The notes beneath the pieces were generated by a model. It had not been told where the DNA came from. It was given only the letters and a program-made list of their open reading frames with translations, and did not search any database. Position numbers and translations under genes: made by a program. Below, in pieces: positions 21,233 through 32,010 of a DNA stretch of 64,000 nucleotides (within the stretch, counting starts at the first letter, position 1; every line of letters starts with the position of its first letter). Location: the IMG/VR virus record IMGVR_UViG_3300027770_000025, positions 1-64,000 of that record, one strand, 5' to 3'.

Positions 21233-22483
21233 TTATTTGAAAAGATCAGCTACCTTATCTTTATTCTCTTCGTATTTTTCTATAAATTTAAGAAATTCTG
21301 GGGTCATTGATTTACCATCTAATCCTTTAAGATCCGGTACTAAAGCCTCGAATCTAGAAGCTATAGATTTTATTGCTGCTTCGGTTCCTTTACCGTAAAG
21401 CCCATCAGCTTTTATCTTTTCTTTATCTCCAAGTAATGTGTTTAATTTTTCTTGGTATGTTTTTATAGTTTCGAAATTTTTACCTTTTTTACTTAGGTTA
21501 TCCTTATCTACATTACCTGATTTTACTTCCTCGTATGATTTCTCTTCTTTATCTTCTTCTTCTTCTTCTTTATCTTCTTCTTTATCTTCTTCACCCTCGC
21601 CTGCATCTTTTGCAATAACAACCTCTTCTTGCTTGTTTAAAATTTCAATTGCCTTATTTATAAGATCCATTGCGCTTTCGACCGCTGCTTTTATCTTACC
21701 GTCGATTCCTAATTTAACTAACGCTTTACCTTGAATTTCATTCATCCTAGCAGGCACTTCGTTAACTTTACCTATGATCTCTTCTAATTTATCTTTTCTC
21801 TCTTTTCTCTTCATATTTTCCCATTCGCCCTCATTAGAAAGTAGATCATAGTATCCTTTTAATTCTCTAGCTATTTTAATACACTCGCTCTTTAAACTTT
21901 CAACTGGCGAGTTTTTAGCCAAATAAACAACTTGAGAATATATTGGCGTAATCTTCTTTACTATTTCTTCTCTCTCGTCGGTAAAAGTGTTTTTCTCAAA
22001 AATGTGTAAATGCCCTTGTTCTCCGTGCACTAATCCATTATTATCTTTATCCTCTTGTGCTTCAACTTTAGGAGCTTCTTTTGCAGTTTGACCTAATTGA
22101 GAGATGTAAGCTATTGTCTTTTTGTAAATAGTGTCTTTAATCTTATCTGCAGCTTTCTCGTCGCTTTTTAATAGCGTGTCGTATGCGTCTTTAAGTTTTT
22201 TACCCGCAACTACCATTGATGTAGCAGCTTCTTTATATTTAGGATCAACCTTACCTGCAATTTTATTTATTGCGTCTAGCATTCCTTGTCCTTTATTATC
22301 AGAATCAGCTACTGCGGTAAGATCTTTACCTGCATCTTTATAATCTCCGATTTTTGTTACTAAAGCGCCATAAGCCTGCATGAAAAGATCTATCATCTGA
22401 TCTGCCGCGCTTATTGATCCTGCTTCATCAGCTTCATTTAGTTTATGATAGCTTCTGTAGTCTAATACTCTATTTGTTGACAT
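21233..22483 (-). CDS. Helical protein with C-terminal peptidoglycan-binding-like domain; probable internal head protein
   Basis: IKTYQEKLN...IKADGLYGKGTEAAIK; N-terminus RVLDYRSYHKLNEA; late motif at 22507. Confidence 0.6.
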   Translation of the reverse strand: MSTNRVLDYRSYHKLNEADEAGSISAADQMIDLFMQAYGALVTKIGDYKDAGKDLTAVADSDNKGQGMLDAINKIAGKVDPKYKEAATSMVVAGKKLKDAYDTLLKSDEKAADKIKDTIYKKTIAYISQLGQTAKEAPKVEAQEDKDNNGLVHGEQGHLHIFEKNTFTDEREEIVKKITPIYSQVVYLAKNSPVESLKSECIKIARELKGYYDLLSNEGEWENMKRKERKDKLEEIIGKVNEVPARMNEIQGKALVKLGIDGKIKAAVESAMDLINKAIEILNKQEEVVIAKDAGEGEEDKEEDKEEEEEDKEEKSYEEVKSGNVDKDNLSKKGKNFETIKTYQEKLNTLLGDKEKIKADGLYGKGTEAAIKSIASRFEALVPDLKGLDGKSMTPEFLKFIEKYEENKDKVADLFK

Positions 22484-22517
22484 GTTGTTTAATTTTTTTT
22501 TGTATTCTATATATCAC

Positions 22518-22545
22518 AAAAAAATTCCGCCTTTTGGACGGAATT
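22518..22545 (-). terminator. Terminator ending the glycan operon
   Basis: AATTCCG..CGGAATT hairpin with U-tract on minus. Confidence 0.65.
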
Positions 22546-22567
22546 CTATTAATTTGTTTAAAGTGTC

Positions 22568-23542
22568 TTAGCAGTACTTGTCCATCCAGTATTGGATCAT
22601 CTCATCTAGCATAGTTTCAAATGTGTATTCTGGTTCCCATCCTGTTTTATGCCTTAGCTTAAACGAATCACCTTTAAGATCGTCTAGCTCCTCTGGTCTC
22701 ATAAACTTTTGGTCCTGAACGACATAATCTTTCCAATCAAGGTCAAGCTTACCGAACACGTATTCTACAAGCTCCAAAACGGAATGTGATGTTCCAGTTG
22801 AACAAACATAATCGTCAGGTTCATCCTCTTGAAGGATCATCCACATAGCTTTAACGTAATCTTTAGCGTGTCCCCAATCTCTAGTAGCGTTTAAATTGCC
22901 TAGGCTGAGCTTTTCTGCCATACCTAGCTTAATCTCTACTGCAGCCTTTACTACCTTATTAGTGACAAAGTTTGTACCTCTGCGTGGTGATTCGTGGTTG
23001 AATAGAATACCGTTACTTATAAACATTCCATATGAATTTCTATAGTTTCTGCAGATGTTGTACGAGAATACTTTAGCACACCCATAAGGTGATACCGGAT
23101 TCATTGGGGTCGTTTCTCTCTGGTACCTATCATCATCGATAGAATTGCCAAACATTTCCGAAGATGATGCCTGGTAGATCTTAATGTCCTTATTAAACAC
23201 TCTTACAGCTTCCAGTAAATTTAGTGTTCCTATGCCTGTTGCTTGTGCAGTATAAACTGGTTGGTCAAAAGATATTCTAACATGCGACTGAGCAGCTAAG
23301 TTATAAACCTCATGCGGGTTAGAGATATTTAAAGCATGCAAAAGAGACGGGACATCTAAAAGGTCTGCATAAATAAGGTTGCCTTTTATTTTTTCGTAAA
23401 CAGAATCTAGCCTGGATGTTTGATTTTCTGATACTGAATTTCTTTTGATTGTTCCGAATACATTGTAACCCTTATTGATCAGAAATTCTGCAAGGTAACT
23501 TCCATCTTGTCCATTAATACCTGTTATTAAAGCTCTTTTCAT
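22568..23542 (-). CDS. gmd: GDP-mannose 4,6-dehydratase
   Basis: ALITGINGQDGSYLAE, YNLAAQSHV, QASSSEMFG, SPYGCAK, FNHESPRRG. The ATG at 23542 overlaps the fcl stop (TAATG). Confidence 0.97.
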   Translation of the reverse strand: MKRALITGINGQDGSYLAEFLINKGYNVFGTIKRNSVSENQTSRLDSVYEKIKGNLIYADLLDVPSLLHALNISNPHEVYNLAAQSHVRISFDQPVYTAQATGIGTLNLLEAVRVFNKDIKIYQASSSEMFGNSIDDDRYQRETTPMNPVSPYGCAKVFSYNICRNYRNSYGMFISNGILFNHESPRRGTNFVTNKVVKAAVEIKLGMAEKLSLGNLNATRDWGHAKDYVKAMWMILQEDEPDDYVCSTGTSHSVLELVEYVFGKLDLDWKDYVVQDQKFMRPEELDDLKGDSFKLRHKTGWEPEYTFETMLDEMIQYWMDKYC

Positions 23543-24453
23543 TATTTTCTTATATTTGGATAATTTTCTTTGAACCATGTTACTGATTTGTGTATTCCCT
23601 CCTCAATTGGGGTGAATTCAAAATCTGGTGCTATTGATCTTATGACAGAATTATCACTTGGTTTCCTAAATTGGCCTTCAGGTTTATCTAAATCCCAAAT
23701 TATCTTACCCCTGAAATTAAATTCACTTGCTATAATTTCCACTACTTCTTTTATTGATATCTCTTTTCCTGAAGATATTATAACAGGAATTCCCTCTTTA
23801 TAGTTATCAAAAAGGATACGGGTTAGATCAGCTACGTCCTCTGAAAATACAAATTCCCTAAGGGGGCTTCCAGATCCCCATATGGTAACATCTGATCCGC
23901 TGATATCTGCTAAGTGAAATTTGTGAATTAATGAGGGAAGAACATGTCCATCTTCTAAATTATAATTATCTGCTGGACCGTATATGTTACAGGGGATCAC
24001 ACTAAAATAATTAACACCATATTGCTCTCTATATGATTGCATCTGTATCTCTGCCATTCTTTTAGCATACGCATAGCCATAATTAGAAGAATGCGGTGGG
24101 CCAAGATGAATCTTATCTGGTGTGAGTGGATATTCTACTTTATCAGGAAATACACAGGTTGAAGAAAATGCAATCAGCTTTTTAATTCCTGCTTTTCTAG
24201 CCTCCTCTATGATTCCGGTATTCATCTTGAGGTTCCCGTAGGTGAATTCTCCAGGATATTCCATATTACCCTTTACCCCTCCAACTCTAGCTGCACAGTG
24301 TATGACCCCTTCTATCTCTTTATTCTTTAGAAAATCCCCTATTGAATTTTGATTCAGAAGATTAAGATCATTAGACCCTATTTTTATGTAATCTTCACCA
24401 ATAAATCTTGATCCAACTAATCCTGTTCCCCCTGTAATTAATATCTTTCCCAT
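23542..24453 (-). CDS. fcl: GDP-L-fucose synthase
   Basis: GGTGLVG, HCAARVGG, SSTCVFP, YAYAKR, PCNIYGP.DN, WGSGSPLREF. Confidence 0.95.
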   Translation of the reverse strand: MGKILITGGTGLVGSRFIGEDYIKIGSNDLNLLNQNSIGDFLKNKEIEGVIHCAARVGGVKGNMEYPGEFTYGNLKMNTGIIEEARKAGIKKLIAFSSTCVFPDKVEYPLTPDKIHLGPPHSSNYGYAYAKRMAEIQMQSYREQYGVNYFSVIPCNIYGPADNYNLEDGHVLPSLIHKFHLADISGSDVTIWGSGSPLREFVFSEDVADLTRILFDNYKEGIPVIISSGKEISIKEVVEIIASEFNFRGKIIWDLDKPEGQFRKPSDNSVIRSIAPDFEFTPIEEGIHKSVTWFKENYPNIRK

Positions 24454-24481
24454 TATTTAAAGTTTTTAGTAAATTATTTAG

Positions 24482-25297
24482 CTACCATTTGCCAATGGTC
24501 TTATATTTTTTATTGTATTCCTGATTTTGGTAGTATTGTATAGTCTGATCCTTGTCCATTCTTTTGCATTGCTCGAAGACATCCCAATTTTCCTTTGCTT
24601 TTGGGTTAGCCTCACTACTGTCAGAACCTCTATAGTGTTCAAAGTGATAAACCTTACAGTCGCTTATCCAATTAACATTAAATCCCATTTTTTGAAATCT
24701 CTCGCCTCTTTCTTTATCTTCAGGTCCATATGAAATAAAATTCTCATTCTCTGCACCATATTTTTTATAGATCCATGTATTAAAGAAAATGCAATGTCCA
24801 TATTCAGAATCATAGTCAGACCAAGGTCCAATAACGTCTATGTGATTTAGATCAAATCCATTCTCATAAAATCTTGGATAATCAAAATTATCTAAAACTC
24901 TTCTTTGACCTCCTGGACCGAATCTATAGGGGTATACTACGTCGCTATCCCCATTGGTTATGTCATAAGTAATTTTTTTATAAAATTTGGCCGGTATAAT
25001 TACGTCTATGTCATAGTTAGCAACAACTGGTGTTTGCACATCATCAAGCATGATGTTTAGATATTTAGTTCTATGAAAAATCCCCTCATCTTCTGATTTC
25101 CAGTGTTTAATCTTTAGATTTTTTAGATCATCTAGAAAATCTAATTTACTTATCCCATCTTCACAGATCTCGTATATAAATACATTAGTCTCAAGATGCT
25201 GATTCAAAAATCCTAAAACAGTTTTAGCATTTCTGTACCGATCAGAATGCTCTACCTTGATCGGTATGATTAGTGTACAATTTTTTAAATCAATCAT
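24482..25297 (-). CDS. GT-A glycosyltransferase (GT2/GT7 C-terminal type)
   Basis: IIPIK, NYDIDV, ENENFISYGPEDKER. Confidence 0.8.
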   Translation of the reverse strand: MIDLKNCTLIIPIKVEHSDRYRNAKTVLGFLNQHLETNVFIYEICEDGISKLDFLDDLKNLKIKHWKSEDEGIFHRTKYLNIMLDDVQTPVVANYDIDVIIPAKFYKKITYDITNGDSDVVYPYRFGPGGQRRVLDNFDYPRFYENGFDLNHIDVIGPWSDYDSEYGHCIFFNTWIYKKYGAENENFISYGPEDKERGERFQKMGFNVNWISDCKVYHFEHYRGSDSSEANPKAKENWDVFEQCKRMDKDQTIQYYQNQEYNKKYKTIGKW

Positions 25298-26057
25298 TGT
25301 GTTTTTGTATTGTTCCCCTCAATTCTTTCTTACCTCCAAAATCATCCTTGTTTAATTGAAGTATTTTAGGGTCTCCGAATTTTTTTATTATTTCGTAATG
25401 ATTATCCCTTGCTGGATCCCCTACAAAACAATCTGGATACGCAAACGTAGGATCTAATATTTTTGGATTTTTTTCCATCATATACCAATTTAAAGCACTC
25501 TCATCATGCCATAGCGGTATTATATTTCTACTTAAATCCAAGTCAATCAAACGGGATAGTTCTTCTGACATCCTGAGAAATTCATTAGTTTTACCGCCAT
25601 TGAAACATCCTTGAAAATAGTTTCTTTCCTTACCTACTGGAAAATAAAATGATGACATAGGGTTTCTTTCTAGCGGATACTCATTCCTGGGTTCTAAATA
25701 AAAACCTGGATGCAATGTTACTATTAGACCACATCCGTTAGGTGTTTCTAGAATAGAACTTCCTATTGTGGATACTACTTTCATATTAGCATTCATAAAG
25801 AAAATGTAATCAAATTCCTCTAATTGCTTTTTAATAGAGTTAAACATATGAAATCTCATCATTGTATCGAATGGCCATCCGAGTTTTTGCTGCTCCACCT
25901 TTATTACGTCTTCCGAGAATTTTATATTTTCCGAATCAGTAAAGACGAAATATTTTTTCTCCGATCCTGGCAGAAAATACTTATTGCATGATTCAACCAG
26001 ACCATCAATAAATATGTCATATTTTCCTGTTGCTATTGTTGTTACTGCAATTCTCAT
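25290..26057 (-). CDS. GT6 glycosyltransferase (ABO-transferase family, bacterial NXN type)
   Basis: IATGKY, YFVFTD, GWPFDTMMRF, FFMNANM (NXN in place of DXD), YFQGCFNGG, WHDESALNWY. Confidence 0.92.
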   Translation of the reverse strand: MRIAVTTIATGKYDIFIDGLVESCNKYFLPGSEKKYFVFTDSENIKFSEDVIKVEQQKLGWPFDTMMRFHMFNSIKKQLEEFDYIFFMNANMKVVSTIGSSILETPNGCGLIVTLHPGFYLEPRNEYPLERNPMSSFYFPVGKERNYFQGCFNGGKTNEFLRMSEELSRLIDLDLSRNIIPLWHDESALNWYMMEKNPKILDPTFAYPDCFVGDPARDNHYEIIKKFGDPKILQLNKDDFGGKKELRGTIQKHND

Positions 26058-26844
26058 TTTCTCGTTTTTGATTTGAAAGTTTTTTGAATATAGGCAGATG
26101 TCCGCCGTTTAAATTTATATAAACACTAAACAATTCAGGATTTCTCTTAAAAGCAATGGCTAATGCGATCTGCTCATTATTTACCATATTTAATTCTAGC
26201 ATTTCTTTTTCCAATATATTAATGACCATATCTGAGACTTTAGATACTATCGTACCGGTACCCCCGAATAATGTACCTACAAGAATACAGTTGTTATCCC
26301 ATTTATATTCTTCCGTGTTCATAGATGAGTATATTCTTTCCGTGTTCACATTCCCCTGTATAATAAATCTATCTTTATCTAAATTTTGTAAATTTGGCCA
26401 ATCTAAAGAAAGATCGAAATCAGAAAAAAATCTGCTACATCCCGCATCAAGCCAGAAATAAAAATCCGAATGTTTTTTTATTTCATTTTGAATCCATCCA
26501 AATTTAGAATACTGTATTATATTATATAGGTCTAGGTTGCATTCTATTCTAGAATTGTCCTTTATTCTTGAAAGGTAGTCTGCATCATTCAGTATTTTAT
26601 TTATTGAATCTTTGTGTTTGTACATTGGAATTTCTTCTAGCCTCTGAATTCTTATTTCAGTGCATTCAGGATCTCTATGTTCTTCTATAAATTTTTTAAA
26701 TTTCTCCTCGGTATAAATGATCATATGAACCTTTAATCGTAGGGTTTCTTTGAACCATTCGAGATATTGGGTCATCGGCCTACCATCTCCTAGATTTTCT
26801 CTACCTATGTCAAATAAGGCAGTGATTACTTTTATTCCACCCAT
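26017..26844 (-). CDS. HtrL/YibB-family putative glycosyltransferase
   Basis: ITALFDIGR, YLEWF, QYSKF, FWLDAG, GTLFGG, NNEQ. Confidence 0.75.
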   Translation of the reverse strand: MGGIKVITALFDIGRENLGDGRPMTQYLEWFKETLRLKVHMIIYTEEKFKKFIEEHRDPECTEIRIQRLEEIPMYKHKDSINKILNDADYLSRIKDNSRIECNLDLYNIIQYSKFGWIQNEIKKHSDFYFWLDAGCSRFFSDFDLSLDWPNLQNLDKDRFIIQGNVNTERIYSSMNTEEYKWDNNCILVGTLFGGTGTIVSKVSDMVINILEKEMLELNMVNNEQIALAIAFKRNPELFSVYINLNGGHLPIFKKLSNQKRENENCSNNNSNRKI

Positions 26845-27779
26845 TTGCTAATTGTTTCTGCATATTCTTTTACAAGCTTAGTCCAATCAAAATTAGCCAA
26901 TCCATATTTTCTAATCTCTGATCTCATTCTATTAGAAATCTCTTGATTTTTTCTGATACTTTCACTTACGTAATCAAGGTCATGCAATTTATCATTAGGT
27001 ATAATTTCTATGAATGGTAGAGATCTATCAAGATTCCCACTAGCATATTCACTGACAACCAAACCGAGACCGCATATTAAAGCTTCACAACAAACTAAGG
27101 GATGTGCTTCACCGTCGCTTAAAAGAACAAGATTAGAATATTTGGATAATTCTTTATAGAGCTTATCCTTAGTCCATTCACCTAAGTAATTGCTTCTATT
27201 AAAATTAAACCTATGATCATCCTGGTTTCCTGCAAAGTGTATAAACTCAAGATCTTGATAAATGTATTGTTTCTTTCTATCTGTTATTTTAGCTAAGTAT
27301 ATGCTTTTATCTAAAAATTCTGGAGAATCGTAGTATTCAAAAAGATCGCTTCTTGCTCCGTTTGGGGTTACGTATAATCTGGATGGATCTGCTCCACCGT
27401 TAAGATAAACCTGTCTTATACCTTCAGAGAGACAGAATATTTTAAAATCACTATCTACAAATCCTTTAAATATTCTATGATATCCTCCCAGTAGATGATG
27501 GGGTACTTCTAAGTACCCGAAATGTGAAGTTGCAGCTTTATTTGGACACGAGATATGTGGCAAAACGTGATAAAGATCGTCATATTGCAAATGCACAAAA
27601 TCCGGATTAAATGAATTTACTTGGTTTACTATCTCTTGGGGGTTTTGTGTATTTACAATCTGTACTTCGTGCCCTAACTTTGTTAGCTCCTGGTAATAGT
27701 CCCAGATCAATATCTCAACTGCTCCCCATCCTACTGGAGGAATAGGCATGATTCCCGGACCTATTATGCAGATCTTCAT
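26832..27779 (-). CDS. GT4-like glycosyltransferase
   Basis: PIPPVGWGAVE at the N-terminus; EAHPLVCCEAL..G. Start at the ATG at 27779 (ATGA overlap). Confidence 0.85.
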   Translation of the reverse strand: MKICIIGPGIMPIPPVGWGAVEILIWDYYQELTKLGHEVQIVNTQNPQEIVNQVNSFNPDFVHLQYDDLYHVLPHISCPNKAATSHFGYLEVPHHLLGGYHRIFKGFVDSDFKIFCLSEGIRQVYLNGGADPSRLYVTPNGARSDLFEYYDSPEFLDKSIYLAKITDRKKQYIYQDLEFIHFAGNQDDHRFNFNRSNYLGEWTKDKLYKELSKYSNLVLLSDGEAHPLVCCEALICGLGLVVSEYASGNLDRSLPFIEIIPNDKLHDLDYVSESIRKNQEISNRMRSEIRKYGLANFDWTKLVKEYAETISKWVE

Positions 27780-28315
27780 TTTTTCTCCGGTTTCCTTACT
27801 GACCAACTAGTATCTTCAAAGAAATTTAATTCCTCTGCCGAGAAGAATTCGTCAACTGCTCCTCTTACTCCACGGTCCCGGGGATCTTCATGAATGTAAT
27901 CGTGACCGCATATTATTCCCGAATCTTTTAGCTTAGGAAGGGAGATATTAATATCTCTTAATACAAATTCTTTATCGTGGTTTGCATCTATGTAAACAAA
28001 ATCAAAATACAAATCAGGTAAACCCGGAATTATTTCTTTTATATCACCTTTTTTAAATATGATATTAGGATTCTCTTTTAATTTTTTTTCCAATTTCCCG
28101 GTGGAAATTAAATCTATAGCTATTACTTCTTTGCAATAATAAGAAAATAAAGAGGTACTAACCCCATCATTAACCCCCAATTCCAATACTATGTGGCCTT
28201 TATTCATTCCGTGGAATTTACACATATCGTCTAACCCTTTTAGATAATTTTGTCTATTTTGATAAGCTCCCCCATGACCATCCATTCTTTCTTCGTAAAG
28301 ATTTGGCTTTTCCAT
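27776..28315 (-). CDS. Class I SAM methyltransferase (Methyltransf_24-like)
   Basis: LELGV..G.ST, DFVYIDANH, GIICGHDY. Confidence 0.85.
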   Translation of the reverse strand: MEKPNLYEERMDGHGGAYQNRQNYLKGLDDMCKFHGMNKGHIVLELGVNDGVSTSLFSYYCKEVIAIDLISTGKLEKKLKENPNIIFKKGDIKEIIPGLPDLYFDFVYIDANHDKEFVLRDINISLPKLKDSGIICGHDYIHEDPRDRGVRGAVDEFFSAEELNFFEDTSWSVRKPEKK

Positions 28316-28405
28316 TTTTAATTTATTTAATTATAGATATCCTCATACCAAATTATAGCTGGGTATTTTTTTAATGTTTCATAAAATAAAACTGAGATAT
28401 ACTAT

Positions 28406-29029
28406 TTATTTCTGTATAACAAGTAAGTTATTATCAATACTGTTCTTCGAGTTTTGTATTGATATTAATTGTATATGTGACGGTGATAGATGGTCACGTA
28501 TTTCTAAGATTTTTTCTTCAAACCTATCAAAGGTAAATCTGGTTAGATCCTCTATTATAAAAATACCCCCGTCCTTTAACTTACTGTAAGAATTTTCTAA
28601 GAAATTTATATTTGATGTGTATTCATGTTTTCCGTCATCTATAATTATATCAAAATCTATATCCTTTAGTGTTTCGTTGTTCCACATTTCCCGAATAGAT
28701 TCCGGATTGTCTTGATCGCAAAAAAATGAGCTGATCCTATCCTCGTTCACAAAATAATCACGATTAACATCACCGCAATAAATGTGTGAATTTTTAAAAT
28801 ATTCTTTCCATGCTCTTACGGATGATCCGCCGTAAATTCCAACTTCAAATATTTTTAAATTATTATCTCTATCATCAGAGAACATAAAGTCATAAAACAA
28901 TGAGTAATTGTGCCAATCTGAGCATTTATCGCTACCAAACTTTGTCATTTTAATACACAGATCAGTTTGGATGTTATTATTTGCTTCATTAAAAAATGAG
29001 TTGATTAGACTACTGTTTATTTTTTTCAT
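28406..29029 (-). CDS. SAM-dependent sugar O-methyltransferase-like
   Basis: GSDK..HNY, FEVGI..GSS..AW, DIIIDDGKH, GGIFIIED. Confidence 0.8.
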   Translation of the reverse strand: MKKINSSLINSFFNEANNNIQTDLCIKMTKFGSDKCSDWHNYSLFYDFMFSDDRDNNLKIFEVGIYGGSSVRAWKEYFKNSHIYCGDVNRDYFVNEDRISSFFCDQDNPESIREMWNNETLKDIDFDIIIDDGKHEYTSNINFLENSYSKLKDGGIFIIEDLTRFTFDRFEEKILEIRDHLSPSHIQLISIQNSKNSIDNNLLVIQK

Positions 29030-29889
29030 AATTTGTTTAAATAATTTTCAATATTAATATTTCTAAAATAACTAGCTCCCGTGGGATGAGGATTCCAGCT
29101 TTGCCCCTCCCATACGAAAGGTTTATTTTCAAATCTGATTACTCTATATAGAAAAGAATATAAGGGAAAACTAGGCGATAACTTTCCCTCCATGATATAC
29201 TTGTATATTAGACAATTTAAAACGTCCTGATCTCCACAAGACCATTTAAAGTCTGGATCTGGATTAGGATCAGGAGATTTAGCAATAAGAGATTTATCTT
29301 TGCAAAGTTCTAAATATTCGTTAATGAAATTCCTGCTAAAATCTGTATTTCTTATTATTATTCTAGCTGCATTTAACAATGGGCTATTTCTTATCAGACC
29401 ATTCTCCTGTGGGTTCGTAAAGAATCTATCTATCACATAAGACTTTACGTGATTCTTAACTAGTATTTCTGGTCTTTCTATTTGCACAAATATATCAGAC
29501 CCATTCTCATTGAGAAGTCTAGTAGAAATTGAATATATGTTCTCCCAGTCAGATTCGAAGTATTGCGGATTCTTTTCAAAGTTACCGTCATGATAAATCA
29601 GTATGGAGTTTTCCGGTATTTCCGAAAGAGTTTTCTTTATTAAAAATCCCTTAAAGTCAAAATATCCTATGTGATTTGCATTTGGATTCATGTCGAGTTC
29701 CTCATCATAATAGTTGCAAATATCTTCGCTACCTGGAAGATCTTTTAAAGTTCTTTTATTGTACAGTAAAATATCCTTGAAATAGGTGGATAGTCTTTCC
29801 TTTATGGCTAAAGATTTTTTAGTTAGATCAAACCCTCCGTCTATTTTTGGTCCCTCTGTATAGAAGCTTAAAAAGTATATGTTATTCAT
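29026..29889 (-). CDS. Putative glycosyltransferase
   Basis: YHDG and DQDVLN motifs; operon context. Confidence 0.55.
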   Translation of the reverse strand: MNNIYFLSFYTEGPKIDGGFDLTKKSLAIKERLSTYFKDILLYNKRTLKDLPGSEDICNYYDEELDMNPNANHIGYFDFKGFLIKKTLSEIPENSILIYHDGNFEKNPQYFESDWENIYSISTRLLNENGSDIFVQIERPEILVKNHVKSYVIDRFFTNPQENGLIRNSPLLNAARIIIRNTDFSRNFINEYLELCKDKSLIAKSPDPNPDPDFKWSCGDQDVLNCLIYKYIMEGKLSPSFPLYSFLYRVIRFENKPFVWEGQSWNPHPTGASYFRNINIENYLNKL

Positions 29890-29893
29890 TTTT

Positions 29894-30772
29894 TTAGAAT
29901 ATAATATTTTTGAAATGCTCAAAATTTACGTCACTTACCCAATAAGGCCAAATAGAAGGGGTTCTTATCCTGCTTTTTTCCAAATTGAAATCTTCTAGAT
30001 AGGTTTCAATTTTATTATGGTAAATATCGTAATAGTTAGTTGCCTGTTTGTATATGTGGGCTCCGAAGTCTGCTATCTGTATTTCCAGATTATTCTTATT
30101 GCAAACACGTTTAACCAGCTCATTAGTATGCATAATACCCTCCGTGTATGACTCTTTTATTTCATCGTGCCATCCCTTTAGAAATCTCCCCATTGCATCT
30201 TGTCTTCCGAGAAAAAACCAGTCGCATGGTTTATTCGGGAATTCACCTGCGTATAGATGTCCGCCGTTAACCGAGCTTTGGAAAAATATCATATTATCCT
30301 TTATGTCAAGTGATTCTATAACACTGGATATTTTTTTGGTTAATATTAAATCAGGTCTGGATCTAATTATAAGGTCATAGTGATTTGAAGAGCTTAATAT
30401 GTATGATTGATATGCACTGTATGTTTGACTCAGCAATCCATATAGTACTATAGGTGTCATTATTTTATAAAATTCATCTGATTGATCGCCCCATGTATCT
30501 TTAGTAAATCTTTTAAAGAAAGTTACATCAAACGGTTTTCCGCTTTCTATTAGATGCTTTTTTATATTGAATTTTTCAATCAGATAATTAGCTATATCTG
30601 AATTACCTAGTTTTTCACTGAAGTGCATTTTATAGCATTTATCCTGATGTGATTCGTCCCACCATAGATGGGAGTAAACATCATTTATGTCATCTTTCAG
30701 ATTTGTATTGAATGTTTCTACACATTCTACATACGTCTTGGGGTTTCCTGAAAGCAGATATCCTATTTTCAT
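29894..30772 (-). CDS. Putative glycosyltransferase (SG.PR / RSRPD family)
   Basis: LSGNPK, YSHLW, YDLIIRSRPD, DWFF; paralogue of 33689-34420. Confidence 0.55.
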   Translation of the reverse strand: MKIGYLLSGNPKTYVECVETFNTNLKDDINDVYSHLWWDESHQDKCYKMHFSEKLGNSDIANYLIEKFNIKKHLIESGKPFDVTFFKRFTKDTWGDQSDEFYKIMTPIVLYGLLSQTYSAYQSYILSSSNHYDLIIRSRPDLILTKKISSVIESLDIKDNMIFFQSSVNGGHLYAGEFPNKPCDWFFLGRQDAMGRFLKGWHDEIKESYTEGIMHTNELVKRVCNKNNLEIQIADFGAHIYKQATNYYDIYHNKIETYLEDFNLEKSRIRTPSIWPYWVSDVNFEHFKNIIF

Positions 30773-31456
30773 TTATATTAAATTTTTTTTAAATATTACA
30801 CCATACATTTTTTCTAATAAATGAGCTTCAAAAGGATTAGATTTCCAAAATCCGCTAAACTCTTTTTGTTCCGGATAAGCAACTATATCCAATAATTTTT
30901 TATATTGGCTTAGAGTGTATTGATGAATGTTATTTTTCTCCACGAAGAAAAATCCGCCAATATGATAATCTTTAATAAAAGGGCATGGTTTTTCGAATGC
31001 CTCTTCATAAATATTGTTTAAAGATCTTTTATATGGATTTGGATGTCCCGCTATATTATCTTGGCTAGATCCATAATCCATAGAAAGACCGTTTTCACTC
31101 TCCCGACCGATCCATTTAAACCCATCAGTAATATTATCCTCTGCCATTTGATTTCTAATCTCACCAATATAATTTGGAAGATATGAATTTTTCTCTCCAG
31201 TAAGGGGGGAAAACGGGTCAGCTTGTGAAAAATAAATCTGGTCGGTTAGGTTGTTGTAATTTTCTACAATGTGATACATGTATGCATGGGCTTCCCTTCC
31301 GACGTTATCCAATTGGATCTTTTTTAAATTAGATTGTTGCAACTCTAACCTTTCTCCCTTGTCGTAGATAAAAATCTCCATGTCATCCTCTCTAAGCTGT
31401 GTGATCCAATCAACACTTTCGTTATATCGGCAAAGAACCAATGATTTAGTAGCCAT
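30773..31456 (-). CDS. DUF3431-like protein
   Basis: CRYNE..DW, IYDKG, NVGREAHAYMYHIVENY, FSQADPF. Confidence 0.75.
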   Translation of the reverse strand: MATKSLVLCRYNESVDWITQLREDDMEIFIYDKGERLELQQSNLKKIQLDNVGREAHAYMYHIVENYNNLTDQIYFSQADPFSPLTGEKNSYLPNYIGEIRNQMAEDNITDGFKWIGRESENGLSMDYGSSQDNIAGHPNPYKRSLNNIYEEAFEKPCPFIKDYHIGGFFFVEKNNIHQYTLSQYKKLLDIVAYPEQKEFSGFWKSNPFEAHLLEKMYGVIFKKNLI

Positions 31457-31461
31457 AAGTA

Positions 31462-32010
31462 TTATTTTTTTATTATTGTGGTTAACTCATCTTTATAATT
31501 AATCATTTCTATATTTTCGCTAGAATATGTAAGTGTGTTCGGATAATCCTCAACAAAATATAATCCGCCCGGAGAAAGATAGTTTTCAAATAATGTATGG
31601 AAAGATGTCATTATATGAGAATCTACATGACTGCCATCATCTATTATTATATCAAATTGATCCACACCCATCTGATTGCAAGATTCAATTAATGATGAGC
31701 TGTCCGATTGATCACCATAAGATATTTTGATACCCTCTCTAACGAAATAATCGGGATCCTCTACTCTTGATAGATTATTATCTACGCAGTATACTTCAGC
31801 CTGGGTAAAATATTCTTTCCATAGCTTTAGACTATCCCCTCCACCAAATCCTATCTCGAGGATTTTAATTTTTTTATCCCTTAAGGGTCTGAAATGTTTT
31901 TCATATTCTTCCGTGTAATTGTGACCTGGGGTTCCGTCAGCTTTAAAGGGTCCTTTATCTGTCAGTGGATATTTGGCAGATAATTCACTAAGATTTTTTA
32001 TATTTTCCAT
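31462..32010 (-). CDS. SAM-dependent sugar O-methyltransferase-like
   Basis: TDKG..HNY...Y, LEIG..GDSL.LW, DIIIDDGSH, GGLYFVED; paralogue of 28406. Confidence 0.8.
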   Translation of the reverse strand: MENIKNLSELSAKYPLTDKGPFKADGTPGHNYTEEYEKHFRPLRDKKIKILEIGFGGGDSLKLWKEYFTQAEVYCVDNNLSRVEDPDYFVREGIKISYGDQSDSSSLIESCNQMGVDQFDIIIDDGSHVDSHIMTSFHTLFENYLSPGGLYFVEDYPNTLTYSSENIEMINYKDELTTIIKK